From positions 1 through 5,032 of the IMG/VR virus record IMGVR_UViG_2698536335_000005: 5,032 bases of DNA. The stretch is one strand, 5' to 3'. Shown here one piece after another: positions 5,025-5,032 of this stretch; position 1 is the first letter of the stretch, and the number at the start of each line of letters is the position of its first letter. The DNA comes from a virus (lineage: Duplodnaviria; Heunggongvirae; Uroviricota; Caudoviricetes). The position numbers were made by a program, and so were the translations under genes. The notes under the pieces are model-generated. The model was given only the letters and a program-made list of their open reading frames with translations. It did no database searches and was not told the DNA's origin.

Positions 5025-5032
5025 AAGCACGG

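Noticed and set aside
1-5032. Search for tRNA, rRNA, CRISPR repeats, IS terminal inverted repeats and an integrase
   Set aside because: No cloverleaf-like segments, no regularly spaced direct repeats, and no transposase or integrase-like ORFs were found. The window lies entirely within the early/immunity region.

Overview
This window reads as the immunity and early-left region of a mosaic lambdoid prophage of the E. coli Rac/Qin type. From right to left on the minus strand: an XRE/cI-type repressor (3814..4233), then a leftward operon whose gene sizes and spacing match the Qin dicB operon (ydfA-, ydfB-, ydfC-like ORFs, a DicF-like sRNA with intrinsic terminator, dicB, a ydfD-like membrane peptide), then the start of a RecE-like exonuclease VIII gene that runs off the window (1..1629). 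Transcribed divergently from the repressor are a Cro-like YdaS-family gene and an overlapping YdaT-family gene on the plus strand. A 12-bp operator motif (consensus TACCCATGGGTA) occurs twice at the leftward promoter and three times in the repressor/cro intergenic region, giving an OL/OR-like layout. The least explained element is a 124-aa ORF with AT-rich 3' half lying between ydfC and DicF, followed by about 300 nt of hairpin-rich untranslated sequence. No tRNA, rRNA, CRISPR array, IS element or integrase is visible. All family assignments rest on translation, gene order and recalled sequences, not on database searches.
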